Shown: positions 63,101 through 64,000 of the stretch, in pieces | Layout of the letters: every line of letters begins with the position of its first letter | Position numbering within the stretch: position 1 is the first letter of the stretch | Assembly: GCA_946186915.1 (NCBI GenBank) | Contig: CAMHOY010000014.1 | Span: 1,243 to 65,242, forward strand | Direction of reading: 5' to 3' | DNA: 64,000 nucleotides | DNA from: an uncultured Bacteroidales bacterium | Lineage (GTDB): Bacteria > Bacteroidota > Bacteroidia > Bacteroidales > Paludibacteraceae | Notes under the pieces: model-generated | Databases searched by the model: none | What the model saw: the letters and a program-made list of their open reading frames with translations, nothing else | What the model was told of the DNA's origin: nothing | Position numbers and translations under genes: made by a program

Positions 63101-63645
63101 GTACGGCGGTAGATAACATATGGCAAGAGTATGTGTCTGTGCGCGACCTTTTAACCGAATTGAAAGAAGTTTCTGCATTGAGCGATTACACAAATACTAT
63201 GCGTAAGGTAATAATTTTATCTTGCGGTAGTTATTTTGAGCATGAAATGACAGAAATGTTGAAGGGTTATGTGTTAGAAGCAAGTAATGGTAATGAACTT
63301 ATTGCATCATTTCTTGAAAAACAAGCTATACAGCAGCGGTATCATACCCTATTTGATTGGGGTAAGCAAGACGAACCGGGTCAACCAAGTACGTCCGCGA
63401 AAAAATTCTGGAAACTATTTGGGAATGATTTTTGCACGAATGTGGAGATAATAATCAAAGAGAAGCCAGATGTTAAAGAATCGCAAGAGGCATTTCTGGA
63501 ATTAGGACATTTGCGTAATATATTAGTACATAGCAATTTCGCTGACTATATTTATGCAGATAAGACACCGGAAGAGATTTTTTCGTTATATCAGAAAGCA
63601 AGTAAGTTTATTCCTTTTATTAAGGAAAAGTTAAACGAGCAATAG
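63097..63645 (+). CDS. small HEPN-like protein
   Basis: Rx4H motif in ELGHLRNILVHSNF within an all-helical 182-aa protein. An ATGA overlap links it to the DUF262 gene. Confidence 0.55.
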   Translation: MSTAVDNIWQEYVSVRDLLTELKEVSALSDYTNTMRKVIILSCGSYFEHEMTEMLKGYVLEASNGNELIASFLEKQAIQQRYHTLFDWGKQDEPGQPSTSAKKFWKLFGNDFCTNVEIIIKEKPDVKESQEAFLELGHLRNILVHSNFADYIYADKTPEEIFSLYQKASKFIPFIKEKLNEQ

Positions 63646-63744
63646 CAGGACAATAATCAAGAGCGGAGTATGGAGGAAAGATGATGTCGAGATTTGGGCA
63701 AAGAATGGGGAGCAGATATTGAATTAATAATACAAAAATTATAT

Positions 63745-64000
63745 ATGGGAGCAATATTACATAAACTTATTTCAATACACGGGATTGGCAAATTCTGTAA
63801 GTATGATTTAGTAAAACCAGGATGGAATGGAATCTTTTCGGATTGTAATGCAATCTATGCAGACAACGGCAGTGGGAAGACGACATTTACGCAGATTTTA
63901 AAATCGCTGAGTAAAGAGTCTGACATCAAAACTTTGCAGAAAAGGAAATCCTTTGATTATAGTGAAGATGTTTTGATTGACATGTTGGCATCAAATGGTA
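63745..64000 (+). CDS. AAA_13-type (RloC/PrrC-like) ATPase, N-terminal part (runs off the window)
   Basis: ISIHGIGKFCKYD....IYADNGSGKTTFTQILKSL. This N-terminal layout is typical of the family. Confidence 0.55.
   Translation, partial: MGAILHKLISIHGIGKFCKYDLVKPGWNGIFSDCNAIYADNGSGKTTFTQILKSLSKESDIKTLQKRKSFDYSEDVLIDMLASNG

Overview
The promoter architecture (TTTG-N20-TAnnTTTG), lipoprotein signal peptides and AT-rich leaders without Shine-Dalgarno sites indicate a Bacteroidales-type chromosome. The genus cannot be assigned from sequence alone. All family calls come from motif recognition by eye; no database search was run.

By eye, GC is about 50% up to roughly position 51.8 kb. It then drops abruptly to AT-rich DNA that runs to the window end.

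Gene order:
- The 3' end of pyruvate:ferredoxin oxidoreductase, then an SLC13 transporter and a DUF1295 gene.
- A ~12 kb insertion bracketed by 389-bp direct repeats of the DUF1295 3' end. It carries a lipoprotein arginine-deiminase homologue, gene debris, and a minus-strand operon: NSS transporter, Cache/PP2C/RsbW-like fusion, STAS protein, a 1971-aa A-T-C-A-T-R NRPS, and a broken small ORF.
- An esterase, an acetyltransferase and a second sensor PP2C phosphatase.
- An AMP-ligase plus serine-hydrolase pair with a LuxR-type regulator.
- A porin-imelysin-DUF1111-CcsA iron/haem cluster with an orphan wHTH regulator.
- GH97, yceD-rpmF and an RluB-like pseudouridine synthase.
- A split glycan-export/O-antigen region: MMPL, two Wzm permeases, a four-helix-bundle gene, ComM, rubrerythrin, an APH-like kinase, rfbF/H/G plus epimerase and reductase, a GxxExxY gene, and Wzt.
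- An AT-rich hypervariable tail in which two GT2 genes are interleaved with defence-like modules.

Best candidates for something undescribed:
1. A PtuA/PtuB-like ATPase+HNH pair with a third gene carrying two Rx4H (HEPN) motifs.
2. A TIR protein plus a small transmembrane protein.
3. The NRPS operon wired to a partner-switching module with no sigma factor in the window.
4. A family of 260-530 bp nested-palindrome elements that punctuate the glycan locus.
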